A DNA stretch of 64,000 nt from Octopus sinensis (lineage: Eukaryota). Location of the stretch: contig NC_043010.1 of the NCBI RefSeq assembly GCF_006345805.1, positions 52,700,001 through 52,764,000 of the forward strand, written 5' to 3'. The position numbers were made by a program, and so were the translations under genes. A model generated the notes under the pieces. It saw only the letters and a list, made by a program, of their open reading frames with translations, did not search any database and had not been told where the DNA came from. This document shows positions 1 to 11,135 of the stretch, in pieces (position 1 is the stretch's first letter; each line of letters opens with the position of its first letter).

Positions 1-334
1 TGGTTTTAGGAAGGCCATCCAGTTATAGAAACCATGCCACAAAAGGCAGTTGGAGTCTGGACAGCTCCTGGTTTACAGCTCCATGGAAAACTGACGTCAA
101 GCAATGATGATGAGAAGGATGATCATCATCGAAGTCTTTAAGCTATGAAAGAATGGACAGTAAGCATTATACCTGACAGAGTAATCCGAATGCTCAAGGG
201 TTAATAAATAAATAACTAGGACAGGCATACCTGTTGCTCACTCCAGACCCTTTGGAAAACCCGAATGCGACATTATTTATTAACAGCAATTGCAACCAAC
301 ACCAACACCAAGAAGACAACATGGTAGTACTTAC

Positions 335-397
335 GTTCGATGCCGGGCATGTTTTCCTGTAATGTGACCTTGACCACTACAGCCTGGCGTCGGACAT
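335..397 (-). CDS. Myt1: 63-nt coding exon, first C2HC (CCHHC) zinc finger: (G)CPTPGCSGQGHITGKHARHR(T)
   Basis: Acceptor tttgacAG, donor GTaagt, phase 2 to phase 2. The peptide matches the MYT1/MYT1L N-terminal finger pattern CPTPGCxGxGHxxGKYxRHRS. KAT7 and L3MBTL carry related fingers but fit less well. Confidence 0.9.
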
Positions 398-774
398 CTG
401 TCAAAGATATATTGAAAATGAGAATATACATATATATATATATTATATATACGAGATGTACTTGCATAGCAAGTGACTTGATCTGAGATCGTGTGCTGAA
501 ACAAAAACAATTGCAGCATGGAAGGTGTTTCTAAGCCATTTAAAAACACACACACAAAAAAAAACTGTTAGAGATTCACTTCAACATTTAAATTTAATTT
601 GTGTCAAAAATTTTCATCGCTTTGAAACAGCGACCTGTTCGCTGACAAAACTCTGATGAAGGGATATAATAAATATCCTGGAAACAGCTTAGGACCTTCT
701 ATCTATAAATGTTCTAAAATCTACTCAGCCTTGGTTTTTTTATCTCATTACGAAAAAAAATTTATTCTTTTACT

Positions 775-1170
775 CTTTTACATGTTTCAGTCATTTGACT
801 GAGGCCATGCTGGAGCACCACCTTTAGTCGAGCAAATCGACCCCGGAACTTATTCTTTGTAAGCCTAGTACTTATTCTATCGGTCTCTTTTTGCCGAACC
901 GCTAAGTGACGGGGACGTAAACACACCAGCATCGGTTGTCAAGCAATGCTAGGGGTACAAACACAGACACACAAACACATACACATACATATATATACAT
1001 ATATACGACAGGCTTCTTTCAGTTTCCGTCTACCAAATCCACTCACAAGGCATTGGTCGGCCCGGGGCTATAGCAGAAGACACTTGCCCAAGATGCCACG
1101 CATTGGGACTGAACCCGGAACCATGTGGTTGGTTAGCAAGCTACTTACCACACAGCCACTCCTGCACCTA
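775..1170 (-). mobile_element. tRNA-derived SINE family A (most abundant; about 24 copies or fragments counted by eye)
   Basis: Head ggcgcaggagtggctgtgtggtaag...ggttcagtcccac, body gccttgtgagtggatttggtagacggaaactgaaagaagcc, internal (TA/TG)n, tail ggtgctccagcatggccgcagtcaaatgactgaaacaagtaaaaga. Other copies: 1745-2180, 11595-11950, 17380-17735, 25725-26125, 28868-29245, 33725-34120, 44815-45210, 51400-51835, 53685-54075, 54880-55260, 57015-57420, 62400-62780. Confidence 0.85.
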
Positions 1171-2749
1171 TATACATATGTATATATATTTAATGTAGGA
1201 TAAAATTTTTTTCGAAAGAAAAAAATTTTATCAATGGCCAGCATATTAAAAAATACCTTTAATGGTTAAAATTATAAACAACTTATAAATAAGGGCAAAC
1301 GAAAAAATTTCTAATGCCAAATATGCCGAAAAGTTGTACATATGTATATATATGCAGTCAAGGCTGAGTGGCATTCAATTATAAATAAATAAAATAAAAA
1401 TTACACATTGTGTACAGGACATCACCCACAAGTGAAAAATATGTAACCACAAGAGAAAAGTACAGGACAAAATGCCAAAAGAAGATAACTCTTCATTAGT
1501 TGTTGGACTATTTATTACTCCTATTTCATGCTTTTAATGATGATATAAGGAAACTTTATAAGGCAGCACCATCCAGAAATTTTAAAGATATAAAATTCAT
1601 GGAGAGTTAGGGCCTCAAACGAAGAAACAGCAACAGAGTGCACGTACAGAGTAAACAATCAGTGAAGACAAATATTAAGGGCCGTTAGGTCAAGACGAAT
1701 TGTAATGTTACATGTATATATGTACATATGTATGTATATATACATGAGGCGCAAGAGTAGCTGTGTGGTGAGTGGCTGTGTGGTAAGTAGCTTGTGTACC
1801 AACCACATTGATCAGTCCCACTGCGTGGCACCTTGGGCAAGTGTCTTTTACTATAGCATCGGGCCGACCAAAACCTTCTGAGTGGATTTGGTAGATGGAA
1901 ACTGAAAGAAGCTCATCATATATATATATATATATGTATATATATATGTGTATGTATGTGTGTGTGTGTATGTTTGAGTGTCTGTATTTGTCCTCCCCCC
2001 TCCAGATCACCCAACAACCGATGTTGGTGTGTTTACGACCCCCGTAACTTAGCGGTTCGGCAAAAGAGGCCGATTGAATAAGTACTAGGCTTACAAAGAA
2101 TAAGTACTGTGGTCAATTTGCTTGAGTAAAAGTGGTGCTCCAGCATGGCCACAGTCAAATGACTGAAACAAGTAAAAGAAAAAAAAAATATTAATATATA
2201 TATACACACACACACACATTCACACATATATTATGTGATCACATGTTTGACCAGAATATTCGATGGTCACAATGTGCTTTGAATCATTTTGGCTTTTGAA
2301 CGATGACATCCCACTGGCTAGGCAAGCAGGCAAACATTCCCCCAACTTGGAATGCTAGTTTGTTGCAGGGTCATCAATTTACAGCTGAGTGGACAGGAGC
2401 AAAATGAAAGGAACTGTTTTGCTCAAGAACACAACATGCCTCTGAGGCTGGGATTGAACCCACAGTTGCTAGATTGTGAGTGCAACACCCTAACCACTAG
2501 ACCACACTCCTTTACATATACACATATACATACATACATGCATACATATATTGTAGAATAAGAAATATAAAGTCCTTGGTATAGTATTGTATATTTGAAA
2601 AAAATGAATAGAAATGACATTTCTGATAGTTTTTCCACTTTAATAATTGAATGTTTATAAGTTACACCTAATAACTTACAAACATCTAATTATTAAAGTG
2701 GTAAAATCATCAGAAAAGCCATTTCTATTCATTTTTTCATATATATATA

Positions 2750-2931
2750 TTAGAAGGTTTGGAGGTGATGAACAGGTATTATATATTAGAAGAAATAAGG
2801 TACTTAAAAATCTGAAGAATCTACTAGAGTGGATGCAAGCGTTATTATATGATTTATAAAAACATGTGACATATTAATAAAAATCTGTAAATATAAAACC
2901 ATCCAGATTTCTGAGTACCTTATTTCTTCTA

Positions 2932-2932
<1 letters not shown>
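2750..2932. mobile_element. (TA)n-embedded element with TTAGAAGAAATAAGGTAC termini
   Basis: About 30-bp inverted termini at 2786 and 2932; related copies at 11224-11375 and 52464-52580. Confidence 0.7.
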
Positions 2933-3004
<72 letters not shown>

Positions 3005-3760
3005 CATCATCATCATCATCATCATCGTTTAGCGTCCGTTTTCCATGCTAGCAGGGTTGGACGGTTCTACTGGGGTCTGTGAAGCCAGAAGGCTTCATCA
3101 GGCCCAGTCAAATCTGGCAGTGTTTCTACGGCTGGATGCCCTTCCTAACGCCAACCACTCCGTGAGTGTAGTGGGTGCTTTTTACGTGCCACCCGCACAG
3201 GTGCCAGACAGAGCTGGCAAACGGCCACGAACGGATGGTGCTTTTTATGTGCCACCGGCACGAGGGCCAGGCGAGGCTGGCAACGGTCACGAAACGGGGC
3301 GGTGCTGGCAACGGTCACGAAACGGAAAGTTCTCTTACATGCCACCGGCACTGGTAACACATCTGCAATTTCCATTGATCGATTTCCATTGATCGATTTC
3401 GATTCTGATCGTCACTTGCCTCAACGGGTCTTCACAAGCAGAGTTTTGACATTGCCAACGGCACTGGTAGCACATCCGCAATTTCCATTGATCGATTTCG
3501 ATTCTGATCCTCACTTGCCTCATCACGTCTTCACAAGTAGAGTTTTGTGTCCCAAGAAGGGAAGGTATGCATACGTAGGCTGGCTCCATCCCATGTAGAA
3601 GGCCACGGGTTATGGACTCACTTGTCCTGCCGGGTCTTCTCGCGCACAGCACACTTCCAGAGGTCTCGGTCTCTAGTCATTTCCTCAGTGAGACCTAAAG
3701 TTCGAAGGTCGTGCTTCACCACCTCGTCCCAGGTTTTCCTGGGTCTGCCTCTTCCACAGG
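3005..3760 (-). mobile_element. 5'-truncated RTE-clade LINE: ORF2 C-terminus, repeat-rich 3'UTR and (GAT)n tail
   Basis: 3760-3618 translates to CGRGRPRKTWDEVVKHDLRTLGLTEEMTRDRDLWKCAVREKTRQDK*, a typical RTE C-terminus. Shorter 3'UTR-only copies lie near 7072-7430, 9945-10110, 15930-16125, 18700-19012, 19958-20335, 24960-25270, 29260-29740, 34705-35005, 52135-52330 and 58965-59281. Confidence 0.85.
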
Positions 3761-3784
3761 TTCATATTTGTGTATATATGTATG

Positions 3785-3818
<34 letters not shown>

Positions 3819-4267
3819 TGTAGTTGAAATTTACAGAAGAATAAATGACAGACAGGTGTATAAACAACAAGCAGGTGTAATAGTTTGATGCTCAGGAAAG
3901 TGAGAAAGTCTTTTATGTGTCGAGCCTATGCTCTTCAACAGAAAGGAACACAAGGAAATACATAGAGAGAGAATAAAAAAAACTTGTAGATATACATATA
4001 GATATGTGTGTGTGTATTTATATATATATATGTACATACATACATGCATATATATTGGAGAGTATTAATTATACTCTCACATGATAGAAATAATAGTAAC
4101 TCTAAGTAGTGACACTAAGAACAACAGCAAACAGAACCCTTATATAAAATATACTGAACAATACATGATAAACTAATCTAAATCCAGTATTGATATAAAA
4201 TGGAACATAATATAAAAGTCGCATAGACAATAATGACAATAATAATAATAAAGAAGAGAAAGCTTAC

Positions 4268-4289
4268 CCGCCAGATTCTGGAAGTGTTT
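4268..4289 (-). CDS. Myt1: 22-nt coding microexon (E)TLPESG(G)
   Basis: Pyrimidine-rich acceptor ttttctttaatattttcAG, donor GTaagc. Phase 1 to phase 2 bridges the phase-1 upstream exons to the phase-2 zinc-finger exon exactly. Confidence 0.8.
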
Positions 4290-5552
4290 CTGAAAATATT
4301 AAAGAAAATATAATGGAATATTAGAATATAAGAATAGCAGAATAGTACATTATTTTGGAATTGTAGAATATTTGATTTGACAGAGACAATTCATGTAATG
4401 TGTATATGTGTGTATATATGTGTGAAGAAGCTCACACTCAAATGACGCCACCCTGCTGTCTAAGCGAGGTGGCCAACAGAAGAAAGAGTGAGAGAAAGTT
4501 GTTGCGAAAGAGTACAGCAGGGATCGCCCCCCCCTCCTGCCGGAGCCTCATGGGGCTTTAGGTGTTTACGCTCAATAAACACTCACAACGCCCAGCCTAG
4601 GAATCGAAACCGCGATCCTATAATCACGAGTCCACTGCCCTAACCACTGGGCCATTGCACCTTCATATATATATGTGTGTGTGTGTGCGTGTATATATAT
4701 ATATATATGCTACATCATCATCATTATCGTCATCATCATCCTCATCCCCATCATCATCATCATTTAACAATCATTTTCCAAGCCAGCATAGGTTGGACAT
4801 TTGACAGGAGCTTACCAGCTGGAGCGCTGTTCAGGCTCCCTGTCTGTTTAGATATGGTTTCTACAGCTGGATGCCTTTCCTAATGCCAAAACACACACAT
4901 GCACACACACAAACACACACACACATGTATATAGTTGAAATTTATAGTAAAACAAAGACAAAAACAGGTGTAGGAACAACAAGCAAGTGTATTAGTTTGA
5001 TGCTTGGAAAAAATGTAAAAGTCTTTTACATTTCGAGCCTAAGCTCTTTAACAGAAAGGAATAAAAGGAAACAAACAGGGAGAGAATGGAAAAAAACATG
5101 TTGAGTTCAGTGGTCCAACATGGTGAAATATATATATATATATATATCCATGCATAAATATTTTGTTGTGTCTTGGAAGAGTTCTTATGCAATAATAATG
5201 ATACACACACAGGTCCCTCCCCACTTCTTTATTATCAGCCAATTGGTTAGATATCTAATCATCTAATCAATTAATTAATTGATTGTTTGCTTAATGTGTT
5301 GGTTAAACAATCAAGCAGTTGATTGTTTGTCTGTCAAGGTTGTTTTGTTGCTGTTTGTAACCTTTTTGGTTACCTGTGACTCCCAACTTGCTCCAAGGTC
5401 TACTACTGTATACACATTATCATACATTTATGCATACAAATACATACAAGAGGAGAAAATGGGGGAAAGGATGAAAAGAGAAAACGGTGGGAGAGTGTAA
5501 CAGTAATAATAGTAAAAATAAGTATAAGAAACAACAAGCTATTTACCTTTAC

Positions 5553-5610
5553 CAGCAGGAACTTTAGCTGACCGAGTTCGTTTTGAATCATAGGAACTTG
5601 TCTGTTCGGT
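5553..5610 (-). CDS. Myt1: Candidate exon TEQTSSYDSKRTRSAKVPA (58 nt); may instead start at an in-frame ATG at 5649
   Basis: Roughly 170 nt without an AG upstream, ending in catcAG. Two tandem phase-1 donors (GTaaag at 5552, GTaaat at 5546). KRTRS resembles the RTRSK motif of the vertebrate MYT1/MYT1L first coding exon (from memory). Confidence 0.6.
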
Positions 5611-5984
5611 CTGATGCGTCAGACGTAAGATATTCCGTAGGACACACATGATAAGGAAAATAGAGAATTAATTAGATAAATGAATAAACAATTTTGATTA
5701 ATTAATGTTATAGAAAGATAATACATAATAATTAGTATCAATAAGGCAGAGGGGAAGATTAGCAGAAAAGGGGACCACCAGTGATGGGATATCCCGACAG
5801 ATGAGGGTTCGGCAATTTCTTGCTGAATGACACGCACAAATGATTTGTTTGTAGGGGTCAATTGTTTGTATGGTGCATCAGCTCATTCCTTCCACCCCAC
5901 CCCCACCCCCACCATCATCTTCATCATCGTTTAACATCCGTTTTTCATGCTGGCATGGGTTAGACAGTTTGACTGAGGACATCA

Positions 5985-6107
5985 CTGGTGGTCCATACAT
6001 ACAGCAGCTCCAATATTCTTAACATGTTTTTCAAAGCTCTTGGAAACTGCTCCTAATGCTTCAATTACCCCTGGTATCACCGCTACTTTCTTCATGCCCC
6101 ATAACTT
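5985..6107 (-). mobile_element. C-terminal relic of an RLE-endonuclease non-LTR element (R4/Dong/NeSL-like)
   Basis: KLWGMKKVAVIPGVIEALGAVSKSFEKHVKNIG resembles the LWxxKVxVIPVVIGALG motif. Confidence 0.65.
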
Positions 6108-6143
6108 ATTATCATTATCATTGTCATTATTATTACTATTATT

Positions 6144-6176
<33 letters not shown>

Positions 6177-6647
6177 ATGTTTTGACAACCAATCAAATTT
6201 TGAGGATGAATCATATTTCCGTGTGTTTACAAATGTCTATTCTGCAGCAAGTTACAAACACTTCCTAATCAATTTAGCCATAAGAAATGTAGCAAACTAA
6301 TAACAAATCCATTGTAAATCTGTAACAAAACACTACTGTTCAATAATTGCATTATAAAATAGATATAAATCAAACAAATCACAGCTAAACTTCTCTCAGT
6401 TATTTTTCAATTCCCTGGGTAAGAGAGAGGTTCAGTGAAAGCTACAGAAAGACCCTCCATCTGAGATTTAGTAGAATAGAAATATCAACTGTCAAAAATA
6501 CATGCCTCACACCATGCATTCAATCTTAATGCAGTGTCATGCACATCCAATCTTTTACTTTCTCATTGAAAGCCACATAAGTCATTGTAAAAATAGGATT
6601 TTATTCATATGGTTTTATGTATGTGATCCAAGTGGTCAAATTATTAA

Positions 6648-6869
6648 CCCCTTTGTTACCATATTTCTGTTGAGATGCTCTGTGTTTCTTTCGATTAATT
6701 TTGAATATAGCAAAGAATTTAGTAAAATAATTTAGTTATCATTAGGCTAGAGTTAGGAACTTTAAATCATGACTAAGGTTTGGTGGAAGATTTTAATTCG
6801 GAACTTTTGGAAACAGCTATTTGTACTACAGAGCCAGAGGTGGTTTCAGCCGGGTTGGTAACGAAAGGG
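6648..6869. mobile_element. piggyBac-type MITE
   Basis: TTAA on both sides; TIRs CCCCTTTGTTACC / GGTAACGAAAGGG; a partial copy lies near 62248-62320. Confidence 0.8.
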
Positions 6870-9362
6870 TTAACCAAAATCTGTTGTACACTGAATTACT
6901 GCTAAATCATATAAATAACAAACACACACACACGTGCATGTGCGTGCGCATGGATACCTCACCATATCTGTCAACCTTTCTTTTTTTATCACATAAAAAA
7001 ATTTTCGTTGCACATCTGCGGCCTTTCAAATGAGTTCATCTTTTGCAACTGCCCAATGAACAAACAAAGAGATCATCATCATCATCGTTTAACGTCTGCT
7101 TTCCATGCTAGCATAGGTTTGGCGATTTGACAGAGGTCTGGCAAACCAGATGGCTGCACCAGGCTCCAATCTTGATCTGGCACAGTTTCTACAGCTGGAT
7201 GCCCTTCCTAATGCCAACCACTCTGAGAGTGTAGTGGGTGCTTTTATGTGCCACCGGCACGAGGGCCAGTCATGCTGTACTGGCAATGGTCACGCTCAAA
7301 TGGTGCTTTTTATGTGCCACCTGCACAGGAGCCAGTCCAGCAGCACTGGCAATGATCCTGCTTGAATGTTTTTTCCTTTGCCACCAGTACAAGTGCCAGT
7401 AAGGCGACACAGGTAACGATCATGCTCGAATGGTGCTTTTACAAAAAAAAAAGAAGAAAAAACCCACAAAAACAAAGTAGTTGCAAGAGAGTAATGCATT
7501 TGATAAGGCTGCAGATGTGCACTAAAAATACTTGTGAGGTAAAAAAAATAAAAATCATTAAAAACAATTTGAGATGATCATTACACTAGTTAATTATTTA
7601 ATTTGGCAGTACTTCAAAGCAGTAAGTACAGTATGGTGGAATAGTTATGAAGGTACATGGCTCAGTGGTTACACCATCGAGATTATGATCACGAGGCTGT
7701 GAGTTTGAATCCTGGACCGGGACTCTTTCTTCCTGTTTCTTGAGTAATGCTGCGATGGACTGGTGTTCCTTTCAGCTGGGGGGAACACATACACCATAGA
7801 AACCAGGAAACCGGGCACATGAACCTGGCTAGGCTTGAAAAGAGCACATAAATAAAAAAAATAATAAATTAATCTTTTTGCTGTTGTTGAGTGTAAATAA
7901 ATGCGAAAAGCATTATCTCAACTGGGTATTGAACCTGCACAGAAAACTTGGCTTGCCAAGAGCAAATCAGGAATGGATGTGTAGTAAAGCAGTTTGTATT
8001 GTGACCACATGGTTTCAGGTTCAATCCTATTTTGCAACACCCTGGGTATATGTCCCCTAACAAAACCTCAGATCAACAAAACCCTTAAGAGTGAAATTTG
8101 GGAAAATAAAAACTGTGGAAGTTCACTGGAGGGGGCCACAGCTATTTTTTAGGGTGGAAGACTTCCTTCATTGCCTCATTTAACAGGATCACTTAACCTT
8201 TAGGTCCCTTTAATAGAGTCCAGTCTGTTTCAAGGATTTTGGTCAAGTCAAAAGAAAATTTCCTCTTCACCTCCCACCACTCTTTTCAGTTCTGTCTTGA
8301 GCCCTAGGACCCACTTGGACAATTACCTGCTTTCCATGGTATATAAGTGACTGAAGCCACAACATTCGCCCTGACTGGGGGGTCCGGGCTGTAGGAGGGT
8401 TAATCATTTACAGCTAAGTGGACATGGCACAATGGGAAAGGAAGCATTTTGCTCAAGAATACAATGCACTGTGTGGTCCAGGAATTGAAACCACAGTCTT
8501 ATGATCATGAGTGCAATGTTCAAACCCCTTGGTCATGTATCTTCTCCACAACTCTTGGAGGCCCCGAAGAGAGTTGTGAGTCATGCTGCCTTCCCCAAAC
8601 TCCACAAAAAAAAAAAGAAAAAAAAAGAGAAACCAATTCTCAGTTAGTTTGTCATTTTCATAATTAGCAGAAGAAACATACATTAAGAACTACAGAGGAA
8701 AAACCCAAAATCTTAAACCCAGAATCTTTCTCCCACAATATGCCAACGTCCAAATTTTCCAAGATCCAAAAACCAAAAATTAGAAAATAAAAAGACAAAA
8801 AAAAAGTCATCAACATCATGCAATTAAGATAAACCAAACAAAATAAATTTGAAAAAATGAATAAAAAAACGGAACAATTTTTTTTTTACATATTGCATAT
8901 TAGTGTTATGGTTGTTCAACTCCAGGTCAGGCATCCAAAAAAAAAAAAAAACAAAAAATAAAAAAATAAAAATATATTTAAAAAATGCTTATAAAACCAA
9001 TCCTTTCTACTCTAGGCACAGGGCCTGGAATTTTGAGGGAAGGTTCCAGTCGATTACATCGACCCCAGTACTCAACTGGTACTGCTTTTATCAACCCTGA
9101 AAGGATGAAAGGCAAAGTCAGCCTTGGCAGAATTTGAACTCAGAACTTTAAGATAGATGAAATACTGCTAAGCATTTTTCTCGTTATGCTAACGATACTG
9201 CCAACTCACTGCCTTCAAAGTTAATAAAAACAATATTAAAAAAAAACAATCTGGGTTTGTTACGTGCAGAAGAAGGATGTAAAATGGTAAGAGTGGGAGG
9301 AAGGGTAGTAGTAGTAGAACTATTAGCAGCAGCAGCAGTAGCAGCAGCAGTAGTAGTAGTAA

Positions 9363-9401
<39 letters not shown>

Positions 9402-9560
9402 GTTCCAGAGTTTAGTAGTTCTTGAAAATTCATGCGCATTGCATTCTAGGCCCAATACAGCGTGGCTGCTAGCGTTGCCTTCGCAAATGGTAACCATGAG
9501 AACGGTGCCAAAGCAGATTTGGGAATTTGAACATTACCTCAAAAAAAGGTAAAAGGGTAC

Positions 9561-9674
9561 CTGCTTCACGTATTTTGTTGTTGGTGTTGTTGTTGTTTGT
9601 GGAAGATTGCCGTTTCAATAAGAAAGCAGTCTGCCATCTTTGTTGAAGCCGAAGCTGACCAAAATGAAACCTGT
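9561..9674 (-). CDS. Myt1: Candidate 114-nt symmetric cassette exon (D)RFHFGQLRLQQRWQTAFLLKRQSSTNNNNTNNKIREA
   Basis: Acceptor ctctttatAG with a pyrimidine-rich upstream tract, donor CAG|GTaccc, phase 1 to phase 1, open frame; no recognisable homology. Confidence 0.5.
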
Positions 9675-9738
9675 CTATAAAGAGGTGCGGTTTGTAGTAA
9701 GAATAAGACGAAAACATTGTATAAACTACAACCAGGTG

Positions 9739-9780
<42 letters not shown>

Positions 9781-10194
9781 GTGTGTGCGTGTATGTAAAT
9801 ATATACACACATATATATATATACATATTTGTGTGTGTGTATGTATGTGTATATATATAAGTAGGCATATATATATAAATAAATTTATATATATATATGT
9901 ATTTATGTATGTATGTATGTATGTATGTATATATATATATATATATATCATCATCATCATCATCATCGTTTAATGTCTGCCTTCCATGCTGGCATGGGTG
10001 GGACAGTTTGATAGGAGTTGGTCAAGCAGAAGCCGGCGCCAGACTTCTTTAACTGTTTTGGCAGGTATTTTACAGCTGGATGCCTTTCTTAACACCAACC
10101 ACTCAGTAGAGTCGATGATGATGATGATATATGTAGACATATATATATACATACATACACACATGCATACAAATCCACAATAAAAGTGGTTACT

Positions 10195-10377
10195 CACTCC
10201 AGGAAAGGAAAAATCTGTATAAATATTCTAATTTAGTGTTATCACAATTTATTAGGTGTTATCGCAATTTGATAAAACATCGAAGAAGCATCTATATTTA
10301 TAAAGTTACATATACAAGTTGAATATTTATAGATTTTTCTTTTCCTGAAGTGTGTATACATTTTTTGGCAGACTCTG
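10195..10377. mobile_element. Decayed Tc1/mariner-like MITE
   Basis: The right end reads CAGAGTCTGCCAAAAAATGTATACACACT on the minus strand, followed by TA; subterminal inverted repeat cactccaggaaaggaaaaatctgtataaatattc. Confidence 0.5.
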
Positions 10378-10483
10378 TATGTAGACACACACACATATAT
10401 GCATGTTAGAAGTTTTCTTTATTTCTCTTTTCTTTAATTTTCTATTTCTGTATTACAATGCTTCAAGCAAACTACACTGTTCT

Positions 10484-10522
<39 letters not shown>

Positions 10523-10936
10523 CATATTGTTTTATGTAATTCACTGTTTATTACATAAACAATTCAGTCAAAAGATATTTTTGAGAATTTTTAATCATTC
10601 TATTCAAATATTATTTTATAGCTGTTTGAATTTTTAAAAAAGATTTTATATCATATATCCAATATTAGGTAGGGAAAAATAGGAAACAGAAATCAAAAGT
10701 AAAAAAACTAAAGAGAAGCAAATAAAAAATACAAATAAACATTCACACCCCCTGCTCAACCCTTTGTTGGAGAAATAAAAATCACAAAATGTCAGAAATC
10801 TTAGCAGTGTCATTGGTCGGGAGCATCAAATGTTAACGGAAAAGTCAACCTGGGAACAGCCTATTTATCTACAGTGTATTGATTAAGGACAAAATATTGC
10901 ATAAAAAAGAGGAATTGTCATGTATATATATATATA

Positions 10937-11135
10937 TATAATTTAATAAACACAATATATGTATTTATGTGCTACTATTAGTTTCATATGTTGAGAACAT
11001 GCCAAACATTGGTTTATAACGTGTCTGATGATTGTGCTGGGGCACCAAACATGTCATAAGACAATGCCTGGCATGTTCTCAGCACAGGAGACTAATACTA
11101 GCACATAACATGTATTGTATTTATTAAATAATATT
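10937..11135. repeat. Foldback element, about 85-95-bp imperfect arms
   Basis: atttaataaacacaatatatgtatttatgtgctactattagt...gagaacatgcc mirrored by ggcatgttctc...actaatactagcacataacatgtattgtatttattaaat. Confidence 0.8.

Noticed and set aside
273-467. ORF reading DVRRQAVVVKVTLQENMPGIE across the 63-nt exon
   Set aside because: Wrong frame; the alternative frame gives the C2HC finger and fits the microexon phase.
3045-3652. Multiple 60-115 aa ORFs recurring in similar form across the window (e.g. AVFLQLDALPNANHS)
   Set aside because: Chance frames through non-coding RTE 3'UTR and SINE copies; the frames are not preserved between copies.
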